Part shown: positions 36,478 through 46,900 of the stretch, in pieces
Numbering within the stretch: position 1 is the stretch's first letter
Layout: each line of letters begins with the position of its first letter
Source: Mobula hypostoma
Taxonomy: Eukaryota
NCBI RefSeq assembly: GCF_963921235.1
Contig: NC_086107.1
Span: 95,296,001 to 95,356,000, forward strand
Direction of reading: 5' to 3'
DNA length: 60,000 nucleotides
Made by a program: the position numbers and the translations under genes
Notes under the pieces: generated by a model
The model's database searches: none
What the model was told of the DNA's origin: nothing
The model's input: the letters and a program-made list of their open reading frames with translations, nothing else

Positions 36478-37120
36478 ATCCGAATCAGTTTATTTTACCA
36501 TTGACATAAATAGTGAATTTTGTTGTTTGTGGCAGTAGTACAGTTACATGCCTAACAAATCATTTTGTTAAAAATAGAAAAAAAAGTTAATAAATACTGC
36601 AAAAGACGAATAATGAGGCAATGTTCATGAGCTGTTAAGAAATGTGATGACAGAGGGGAATAAGCAGTTTATGAACTGCTGAGTGTGGGTCTTCAAGCTC
36701 CTGTACCTCCTCTGTGAAGAAGGCCTGTCCCAAATGGTGAGGGACTTACTTAATGATGGAAGCCACCTTCTTCAGACATCACTTCGTGGAGATATCCTTG
36801 CTCCTTGGGAAGGGCTGTGCCGGTGATGGAGCTGTCTCAGACTACAACCCTCTTGTGATCCCGTGCATTGGCCCTTGCCTATCAGTCTGCGATGCAACCT
36901 ACCAGGATGCTCTCTGCCGTATTCCTGTAGAAACTTGCTAGAGTTTTTGGTGACATACCGGATTTCCTCAAACTCCCGATGAAGTCGAGCCACTGACATG
37001 CTTTCTTCACGATTGCATCAATTTTTTGGGCCTCCAATAGATCCTCCGAGATGTTGACGCCCAGAATTTGAATCCGCCCACCCCTTCACCTGCTGACCCC
37101 TCCATGGAGACTGATGGGTC
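36478..37120 (-). mobile_element. Rex1/Babar-like LINE 3' part, continuing at 38195-38935
   Basis: Minus strand FKFWASTS, REFEEIRYVTKNSSKFLQE and a 3' tail; the upstream part resumes after the nested RTE and CR1 inserts. Confidence 0.7.
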
Positions 37121-37130
37121 TTCAAAATTG

Positions 37131-37700
37131 ACTACTACTACTACGACGACGTCGACTCAGTCCTAGGGGGCCGGCATCGGGCATGATGACGGACTCTCCA
37201 CTTCTCCCTCTCCCTCATCAGTGTGTTCAGTTCATCTACATTAGCCACGCCGCTGTCTTTTAGGAACATGTTGACCATGGTCTTGGGAGGACGCCCAGGG
37301 TTCATCCTCCCATGCTTGGGCTCCCATATGATGACTAGGGTGACAGGTAGCTCGGGGTGGCGTAGACAGTGCCCCGCTAGTTGCGGTCTTCTTGCCTTGA
37401 TTTTAGTGGTGAGCATTGGTAAGTCGTCATAGAGCTCGACGTTCATCATGTGCTGTTGTCCACTCACGTCAAGAGCCATCCGGAGTATTTGTGTAAAGCA
37501 ACCATCTAGAGACTTTCGCATAGTCTTGGTGAGTGTCCACGTCTCGCATCCATACGTGAGAATGGACTCTATGACTGCTATGAAGATCCTCTTTTTAAGC
37601 CCTCTGGTCAGATTTGACTTCCGGATTTCCTTCATGTTGTTCATAGCCCTCCACGCCAGTGCCTTCCATATCTTTACGTCCTTCTCCAAACTCATCATTC
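37131..37700 (-). mobile_element. RTE-clade LINE 3' fragment with a (TAG)n tail
   Basis: Open frame KRIFIAVIESILTYGCETWTLTK...LAGHCLRH...WEPKHGRMNPGRPPKT...REREKWR, ending directly in TAGTAGTAGTAG. Confidence 0.85.
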
Positions 37701-37724
37701 TTGACTCTTCTAAATTGAGATTCT

Positions 37725-38195
37725 TGATATTTACAAGGATGATGCCTGGATTGGAGAGCATGCCTTATGGGAATAGGTTGACTGAACTTGGCCTCTTCTC
37801 CTTGGAGCAACGGAGGATGAGAGGTGACCTGATAGACATGTATAAGATGATGAGGGGCATTGATCATGTGGATAACCAGAGGCTTTTTCTCAGAGCTGAA
37901 ATGGCTAACACAAGGGGGCATAGTTTTAAGGTGCTTGGAAGTAGGTACAGAGGGGATGCCAGAGGTCAGTTTTTCACACAGAATGTGGTTGGTGTGTGGA
38001 ATGCACAGCCAGTGACAGTGGTGGAGGTGGATACAATAGGGTCTTTTAAGAGACTATTAGGTAGGTACATGGAGCTTAGAAAGATAGAGAGCTATGTGAC
38101 CGGGAAATTCTAGGCGGTTCCTAGAGTAGGTTACATGGTCAGCAGAACATTGTGGGCCAAAGGGCCTGTAATGTGCTGTAGATTTCTATGTTCTA
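37725..38195 (+). mobile_element. CR1-type LINE 3' fragment
   Basis: FTRMMPGLESMPYGNRLTELGLFSLEQRRMRGDLI...TRGHSFK...FFTQNVVGVWN. Confidence 0.88.
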
Positions 38196-38935
38196 AATTC
38201 CCACTTCCTGAAGTTCACACTCCATTCCTTGGTTTGGCAGACACTGACTACAAGTTTGTTTTGCGACACTACTCAACCAGCCAATCTATCTTATTCCTCT
38301 ATGCTGAGGTTCTGCCAACGACAGTGTCAAATTTATGCCTGAGCTGTGCCTGGCCACACAGTGATGAGTGTGGGGAGAGTAGAGCAGCCGGCTAAGTACG
38401 GCTCCTTGAGATGGGCAAATGTCGAAAGTCAGTGAGGGGGAGATGATCCACACTGTCTGTGATCTCCCGAGGAGGATGTCAAGGATTCACTTGCAGAGGC
38501 CCAGGTTTTGGAGTTTGCAGATTAGTACCGAGGGGATGAATGTGTCGAACGCTGAGCTGTAATTAATAAACAGCAGCCTGATGTAGGTATTGTTATTGAC
38601 CAGAGGATCCAGGGTCAAGTGGACAGCTAGTCAGATTGCATCCACTGTAGACCTATCGTGGCAATAGGCTAATTGCAACGGGTCCAGCTCCTGGCTTAGG
38701 CAGGAGTTAATTCTAACCCCTCAAAACACTTCATCACAGTGGATGTGAGCGCTGCTGGGTGACAGTCATTGAGCAGCTCACCCTGCTCTTCTTGGGCACT
38801 GGTACGATTGTCGCCCTTTTGAAGTAGGTGGGAACCTCAAACCACCGTGGTGTGAGAGATTGAAGGTGTCTCTCAATGCTCCCAGCAGTTGGTTGGCACA
38901 AGTTTTCAGTACACCGTCCTACCAGGTACACCAGC
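38195..38935 (-). mobile_element. Rex1/Babar-like LINE RT fragment
   Basis: Minus strand EVPTYFKRATIVPVPKKSRVSC, plus LDPLQLAY-type remnants. Confidence 0.75.
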
Positions 38936-39408
38936 AGGACCCGACGCCTGTCACCTGTCCTACCAGGTACACCAGCAGGGCCTGACGCCTGACACCTGTC
39001 CTACCAGGTACACCAGCAGGGCCTGACGCCTGACACCTGTCCTACCAGGTACACCAGCAGGACCTGACGCCTGACGCCTGTCACCTGTCCTACCAGGTAC
39101 ACCAGCAGGGCCTGACGCCTGACAGCTGTCCTACCAGGTACACCAGCAGGGCCTGACGCCTGACACCTGTCCTACCAGGTACACTAGCAGGGCCTGACGC
39201 CTGTCCTACCAGGTACACCAGCAGGGCCTGACGCCTGACGCCTGTCCTACCAGGTACACCAGCAGGGCCTGACGCCTGACGCCTGACGCCTGTCCTACCA
39301 GGTACACCAGCAGGGCCTGACGCCTGACGCCTGTCCTACCAGGTACACCAGCAGGGCCTGACGTCTGACGCCTGTCCTAACAGGTACACCAGCAGGGCCT
39401 GACGCCTG
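38916..39408. repeat. Minisatellite, 12 units of 34, 41 or 48 bp
   Basis: GTCCTACCAGGTACACCAGCAGGG plus a variable number of 7-bp CCTGACG-type subunits. Confidence 0.93.
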
Positions 39409-41127
39409 TGAGGGAGGGAAGGAACGTGGGAGATAAGGGATGAAGGGATTGGAGAACAAGGGAGGTGGCTGAGGGAAAGGGAGGAATGTTGGAGAGGGGA
39501 GGAGTTGGTTGAGGGAGGGAGAGCGGGTTGGAGAGGGGAGAGAAGAGGGAGGTGGGAGGGTGGGAAGGAATGTGTGAGATAGGGAGAAAAGGGTTGGAGA
39601 ATGGAGGAGATGGCTGTGGGAGGTGGGGAAAGGAGGGAGAGGGAGCGAAGTGGGGAAAGGAGGGAGAGGGAGGGAGGTGGGGAAAGGAGGGAGAGGGAGG
39701 GAGATGGGGAAAGGAGGGAGAGGGAGGGAGATGGGGAAAGGAGGGAGTTGGGGAAAGGAGGGAGAGGGAGGGAGGTGGGGAAAGGAGGGGGTGGGTGGGG
39801 GAGAGAAAGAGGGAAGGAAGGGAGGTGCTAGATTGAGAGACGCTGGAGAAAGAAGGTGATGAGAGGGAGGTGTGAGGGGTTCGGAGTGACGGGGAAGAAG
39901 CCGAGGTTGCAGAGGACAGGGCAACGTTGAAGCATATTCCCCGGTGGGACAGTGCCTGCACATCATGGTCCACCCACCTCTCAGGTGCGACGTGCCTTAG
40001 TGGGGGTAGTTTGGAGGGCGTTGTTTGTGAGGAGGAGTCCAGCTATCACTGATCCGCCTGGAGATCGAGGGTCTCACAGCCCTTCGGCCCAGCTGCTCTG
40101 TGCTTACCCACCCACACACCATCCTGTTCCGTACCCCTCTCTGTCTCCAACACCCCGTCTCAGACAGTTCGTTCCAGGTTCCAACACCCGCTCTTGGGGA
40201 AAATATTCCCCAACCCTTCCTCTAAACTTCTCCCCCTCAAAACCTCTGGGCTTAGTCGTCAACTGGGGAGAGGTCCAGCACCCCCTTGCTGATGTGTACG
40301 CCTCCTCGTCAGCCTCCTCTGCTGCAGGGAGAACTGACCCAGCCTCTCCCCTCGTCCCCCAGGCAGCCACAGTGCTGGGGTATGCCCTCTCTACCTCTGT
40401 CCAGCGGAGCCACCCCCTTCCCGTGGTGCGAGGATCAGAACTGCGCTCAGTGCTCCAGCTGGGGTCTGACCCATTGGGCTGTAGCGTTAGGGCATCATCT
40501 CCCTGCTCTTGTTTTCCAAGCCCCACTGATGTTCGGCAGGTGTCCTCATACCTTCCTCACTGCCTCACTTGACTGTGCTGCCATTTTCAGGGGTCCTAGA
40601 ATATGTACACCATGGTATCTCTGTTCCTTGATTGTCCCCACCATTCACGTTGTGTGTCCTACCTTTGTACACCAAGGTCCCCCTGTTCCTTGATCCTCCC
40701 CAGCTTCTCAAAGGGCAATCAGGTATAGGGAATAATGCTGGCACATTGCTCATCTTCTCAAAGGGGATGAGGGATAGGTGATAAATGCTGGCAAGTTCTC
40801 AAATTCTTGATGGCTGATCAGGGATGAGCGATAAATGCTGTCAAGTTCACCAGGCCCTTAAGTACTGACACCACCGTCCACCCCCCACACCCAAGCTGAG
40901 ATGCTATGTATAACCCGGACATGCAGAAAGGCTGATTGGCTGTTTCTGGGCACCACTCCCTCCCACTGACTCACTCCATCACAAGACAAAGGTAAAATAA
41001 TTTTATTGAGATGACTGCTTATTAAAGAAATATGTGTCTGTGTATAAATGACATCAGGAGCTGCATAATCCAGTGGTATTGAACCCAATCCATCAATAAT
41101 ATTATAATAATAATCAATTATGATAGA

Positions 41128-41372
41128 CTCATTCCACCGAGATGCAACACAGAGCGTCATAGGAAGTCATTCCTGCCTGTGGCCATCAAACTTTACAACT
41201 CCTCCCTGGGAGGGTCAGACACCCTGAGCCAATAGGCTGGTCCTGGACTTACTTACTGGCATAATTTACATATCACTATTTAATTATTTATGGTTTTATT
41301 ACTATTTATTTATGGTGCAACTGTAACAAAAACTAATTTCCCTCGGGATCAATAAAGTATGACTATGACTAT
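41128..41372 (+). mobile_element. Rex1-like LINE 3' end with a (GACTAT)n tail
   Basis: AGGAAGTCATTCCTGCCTGTGGCCATCAAACTTTACAAC...GGGATCAATAAAGTATGACTATGACTAT; ATAGAC on both flanks. Confidence 0.7.
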
Positions 41373-41429
41373 ATAGACAATAATCACATTGGTACATAAT
41401 ATCCAAGTGAGTTTGGGACTCCTTCCCAA

Positions 41430-41720
41430 TCCCTCCCACTATTTGCACGCCCTATGGGATTCCGTTACTTTCCATTCGCTCCCACTGTCTACACTCCCAA
41501 TGAGACCCACCCCTTCCCATTCACTCCTACTGTCTATACTCCTAATGGGACCCCAGCTTTTCTCATTCACTTCCATCATCCACACTCCCACTGTCCACAC
41601 TCCCAATGGGACCCACCCTTCCCATTACCCCCACTGTCCACACTCCCAATGGGACCCCACCCTTCCCATTCACTCTCACTGTCCATCCTGACAATGGGTC
41701 CCCACTCCTTCCCATTCACA
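41430..41720. repeat. Degenerate tandem repeat; an inverted copy of the same family is at about 4115-4275
   Basis: Recurrent CCACTGTCCACACTCCCAATGGGACCCACCCTTCCCATTCACT. Confidence 0.7.
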
Positions 41721-41987
41721 ACCGGCAGAACACCCTCTTTCCACCCACAGACTAAAGCTCACCCTGAAAGCAGCCGCACAGGTTGATACCGCGGTAAAGA
41801 AGACAGCCGAGGCAGTCTAAGAGTCAGGGAGTATTTTTTTTGTAGCTTTATAAAACTGAGATCTGACATGTCCCATCGCTACCAGATCGGGAGGTGTCAC
41901 TATACCCCTGGAAGCAGACATGCAGTACCAGCTCTGACCAGATAGTGGTGCTGTTGCGCCAATTTTTAAAAAGTCCCTCTTAAAGGG

Positions 41988-42177
41988 ACACACATCAAAG
42001 TTGCTGGTGAACGCAGCAGGCCAGGCAGCATCTCTAGGAAGAGGTACAGTCGACGTTTCAGGCCGAGACCCTTCGTCTTCCTAGAGATGCGGCCTGGCCT
42101 GCTGCGTTCACCAGCAACTTTGATGTGTGTTGCTTGAATTTCCAGCATCTGCAGAATTCCTGTTTGCGTTTTTAAAT
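41988..42177. mobile_element. Palindromic Penelope-derived insertion (inverted terminal segments) with a 16-bp flanking duplication
   Basis: 55-bp arms at 41988-42042 and 42076-42130 are reverse complements with 1 mismatch; TCCCTCTTAAAGGGAC at 41974-41989 and 42178-42193. Confidence 0.85.
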
Positions 42178-43766
42178 TCCCTCTTAAAGGGACTTAACTT
42201 TCATGGCTGGAGTTCGAGAAGAGCTGGTCCGAGATGAGGCGCCATCCCCCCCCCCCCCCGCGTCCCCGAAGCCTCGTGTAACTGGGATCCACAGTAAATT
42301 AGCCATTTGGATTCAGAATCAGCTTGCCCATAGAAGACATTGAGGTGGTTGATGAGACTATTATCATCTCCCAGAGGGATCTCAGGGTCCCGGAAAGTAG
42401 CCACACAGCTCAACAGTGGTAAAGAAGGCAAATGAGGCAATGTCTCTAAGAGGAAGTCATTTTTTGCATCTTTATAAAACTTTGGTCAGTATTGTGTGTA
42501 ATTCTAGTTGCCCTGTCACAGGAAGGGTGTGGAGAGGGTGCAGAAGAGATTCACCAGTATGCTGTCTGGATTAGAGGGCATGAGCTAAATTTGGACAAAG
42601 TTGGTTTGTTTTCTCTGGAGGGCGGAGGCCGAAGTGGAGGTTTATAAGATTATGAGAGACACAGTTTAAAGACAGAGCCAGTATCTTTTCCCCTGCAGTG
42701 TCCAACTGTCCAATACCAGAGGGCATGCATTGAAAGAGAGCAGAGGGAGGGGAATGTGTATGACAAGGTATATTTTTACAGAGAGGGGTAGGGAGGAAGG
42801 GGGACATAGAGAAAAGGGGGGCAGAGGGAGAAAGAGAGAGGGGGCAGAAGGAGAGAGAGGGCAGAGGGAGGGGGAGAGAAAGAGGGGTACAGAGAGAGAG
42901 GAGGGCAGTAAGATGGGGCAGAGAGGGAGGGGGACAGTGAGAGAGAGAGATGGGAACAGAGAGAAGAGGTAAGAGAGGAGATGGAGAGACAGAGGGGATG
43001 GAGGGGTGGTGGAGAGAGCAGGGAGAGAGAGGGAGGGAGATAGGAGGGAGGGAGGAGAAAAAAGGGGAGATGGGCAGAGTGGAACAGAGTGCGAGGAGGG
43101 GGTCAGAGAGGGTGGTACAGATGGAGAGAGTGCGGACAGAGAGTGGGGGGGGACAGAGAGTAGTGAACAGAAGGGTGGCAGAGATGTGGGGGGGGTGACA
43201 GGGGAAGGGGGACAGAAAGATAGTGCAGAATTGGTGTGCTCTCTGGTGATGATAGAAACAAATATGATTGTGTTGTTTAAAAAGCTATTAAGACAAATTG
43301 ATATGCAGGGAATGGAGGGATTTAGACCACGTGCTGGCAGAAGGGGTGAAGTTTAATTCAGCATCGTGTTTGGCAGAGATGGACCCTGTGCTGCGCTATT
43401 CTACATTCTCCGAGGCCATTCACTGATTCCTTGTGCTGGATGATCTCTATCCAGTCCCCGGGGTGGGGGGGGGATGTGTATGTTCCGAGATGGTGGAAGC
43501 TTATTGTTCCCTTCCTAGAGAGGCTGCCCCAAGGGCTTGTGATACCCCACCTCAGTCAGCCCGCCTGGGCACGCCAGTGGCAGTGACAGCGACCTTTCCC
43601 GCTGTGCCTCCAGCAGAAGAGGGTTTAATGCAGGAGGCAAGTTCATGGATTCTCGGTGGCTGGTCTCTGGGTCCGGAGTCTCTCTCTCTCCTTCTCTGCC
43701 CCCACCTACTCCCAGATTCCGTCTCGTGTGTGAGGGAACGGGCGTCTCCCACTCCTCCCATCACCA

Positions 43767-43922
43767 TCAGCTCCTGCGGAAGAGGGAGAGAAATCGGTGG
43801 GGGTCCCGGGACAGGGTAGGGTTGGAAGCCAGAAGACTTCTGCCACCCCTGGGGGTCTCTGACCCCACCTCCCGCTGCTGCTGGGCCTCCAGCTGCTGTG
43901 TGAGGATCACCTGTAGGTCTTC
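43767..43922 (-). CDS. BICDL2: BICDL2 terminal coding exon
   Basis: cag|GAA GAC CTA...AGC TGA; EDLQVILTQQL...FLSLFRRS*. Confidence 0.92.
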   Translation of the reverse strand, partial: EDLQVILTQQLEAQQQREVGSETPRGGRSLLASNPTLSRDPHRFLSLFRRS

Positions 43923-46900
43923 CTGTGGGGAGGGGGGACAGGAAGATGGGGAGAAGAGGGATGGGGGAGCGAAAAGGGGCAGGGGGGTAGGGGATGGGGA
44001 GGAAGAAGAGGGGTGAGGGTTAACAGGAAGAAATGGAGGAGTGTGGCCGAATTCGGGGAGAATGGGGAGGGGAAAGGAGAGTCAGGGTAATAAAGGAGAG
44101 ACGTGAGCTGGAGGAGACACAGATGAGAAACATTTTCATTGCCCCCTCCCCAACCATAGCCCCCTGGCCCCAACCCCTGGGACAATCACCACATCTCATA
44201 TGGGGGCCCCACCCTCTATATTTTCCTCCCACCTCCACCGCAACCACTCAGGGATCGCAACACCTACGGGACCCCACCCCAGACCTGGGATCTCAGCCGA
44301 ACACCCCCCAGCTTTATCTCGGGGCACAGTAAGGGATGGACTGAGGGAGGGGGAAGGGATGGGCAGGGATGGGGGCGACATAGAGAGGTGGGATGGGGAG
44401 GGATTGAGGTGGGAGGGACGGGGACAGGCAGATGGAGGGAAGTGGGGAGATGGTGCACACTCGCCTGCCAAGCCACCAGCTCATGAGTGAAGGGGGATAC
44501 AGATGGGGGTGCGTAGTGGAGGTCAGGGAGGGAGACTGTTGGGTCAGGGAAGGACAGAGGGAGGTAAGGAGAGTTCCACACCCACCTGCCAGGCCTCCAG
44601 CTCCTGAGTGAGCTCTACCTTCTGCCGCAGGGTTTGGAGAAGCTCCCGGCTCAGGGAGTCTCTCTCCGCCTGAACCTGTCGCAGTTCCCGTTCCACCTCC
44701 TGTTTCCTGTCCACATCGGAGCAAGGCCAGGGAGAGGGGGAGAGGGGAAAGAAAGAGAGGGGTTAAACAACGTGGGGATTATTGTCACACGCACAAATCG
44801 TGTATGTACAGGTGTAATGACAAATGACCAGCAGTTCACAGATGCAGAGACTCAGCATTTGGGAGGTGAGGGGAGGGGAGATAGAGGTGTGACGTGAGAA
44901 GAAAGTGAACGAGGCAGAGAGAAGGTAGAGGGGACAATAGGGGAGAGGGGAAAGAAGGAAAAGGAAGAGAGAAGGGGAGGAGGAGAGGGGAGTTGGAGGG
45001 AGGATTGGGGGTTGGGGCAGGATCACAAATGGGAGTGGTGGGGTGGGATCAGTCACCCGGCCTGATCGGATCAGCACTCACTTGCGGATGGCCTCATCAC
45101 GGGAGTGGATGGCCTGCTGTAGCTCCCGGTCAGGATTGCTGGCACAGATCGCCTGCATCAGCCCATGGACTTCCTCCTCCTCCACCTCCTCCTCTCCCCG
45201 AGGGGACGGCTCCCCCACCTGTGGTCAGTGGGGAGACAAGGTCAGTGTGCTCAGTAACCACCCACCATTCATTCATTTGTTCCTTCCCACCTCTGGTCTG
45301 TTCATCCCACCACTCCACGTCAGTATTCCAGAGCAGGGTGAGCTCAGTAACTGACCCCCTCTCCATTCCCCTTTCGCTCTCTCACCTTTGTCACCCTCCC
45401 CACTCGGTCCCTTTAATCTGCTCCCATACTCCACACTCCTGTCACTATCTCCCTCTAGCTCTCCATTTTCTCTCTCTCTCCCTTTCTCTGCCTGTCTCTC
45501 TCTCTCCTCCACCTCTGCCCTTCCTTTCCACCTCTCTCCCCCTCTCTCCCTAATGCCTTCACACTTACCCCTTTCTCCCCAACTCCTTCATGCCCCTCCC
45601 TTTCTTCCTTGCTCCCTGTCTGTCCCCTCTCTCTCTTCCCCTAGCCCTCACCCTCTCACTCTTCCCCCCCTACCCCACCTTCTCCCCACCCATCTACCCC
45701 ATTCTCTGCCCCTCCCTCTCTTACCCTTTCCCCCATTCTCTATTTACTCTCCCCTACCTCCATCTGCCCCTTGACCCTCTCCCTCTCTGGCTACCAGCAG
45801 TATCTCCTCCCACTGGGAGTGAGTGACACTCACAACTACTCCCTCATCCCCGAGTTTCCCTCGCCACCCTCAGGAGGACGGGCCAAAAGGGGGCGGTGAA
45901 ATCCCGCATCTCAGCTCCGGGAGGTTAGGGAGGGAGAGAGGGAGAGTGAGGGAGAGGAGAATGAGGAAAGGAGGTTGCGGGTGAAGTAGAACAGGGTGGG
46001 GAGAGGAGGACAGAGGGAGGGGGAGGGGACTGTTAGGGAGAGGGAGGGAGAGCGAGGGAGGGGAGGGTGAGGGAGAGGAGAATGAGGAAAGGAGGTTGCG
46101 GGTGAAGTAGAACAGGGTGGGGAGAGGAGGACAGAGGGAGGGGGAGGGGACTGTTAGGAAGAGGGAGGGAGAGCGAGGGAGGGGAGTGTCAGGGAGAGGA
46201 GAATGAGGAAAGGAGGTAGCGGGTGAAGTAGAACAGGGTGGGGAGAGGAGGACAGGGAGGGGGAGGGGGATGTTAGGGAGAGGGAGGGAGAGCGAGGGAG
46301 GGGAGGGTGAGGGAGAGGAGAATGAGGAAAGGAGGTTGCGGGTGAAGTAGAACAGGGTGGGGAGAGGAGGACAGGGAGGGGGAGGGGTATGTTAGGGAGA
46401 GGGAGGGAGAGCGAGGGAGGGGAGAGTGAGGGAGAGGAGAATGAGGAAAGGAGGTTGCGGGTGAAGTAGAACAGAGTGGGGAGAGGAGGAGAGAGGGAAG
46501 AGAGGGAACTGTTAGGGGGAGGGAGGGAGAACGAGGGAGGGGAGGGTGAGGGAGAGGAGAATGAGGAAAGGAGGTTGCGGGTGAAGTAGAACAGAGTGGG
46601 GAGAGGAGGACAGAGAGAGGGGGAGGGTACTGTTAGGGGAGGGAGGGAGAGCGAGGGAGGGGAGGGTGAGAGAGAGGAGAATGAGGAAAGGAGGTTGCGG
46701 GTGAAGTAGAACAGGGTGGGGAGAGGAGGAGAGAGGGAAGAGAGGGAACTGTTAGGGGGAGGGAGGGAGAACGAGGGAGGGGAGGGTGAGGGAGAGGAGA
46801 ATGAGGAAAGGAGGTTGCGGGTGAAGTAGAACAGAGTGGGGAGAGGAGGACAGAGGGAGGGGTAGGGGACTGTTAGGGGAGGGAGGGAGAGTGAGGGAGA

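Noticed and set aside
45834..45915. Possible BICDL2 exon upstream of a GTGAGT donor
   Set aside because: No acceptor gives a stop-free, phase-0 exon.
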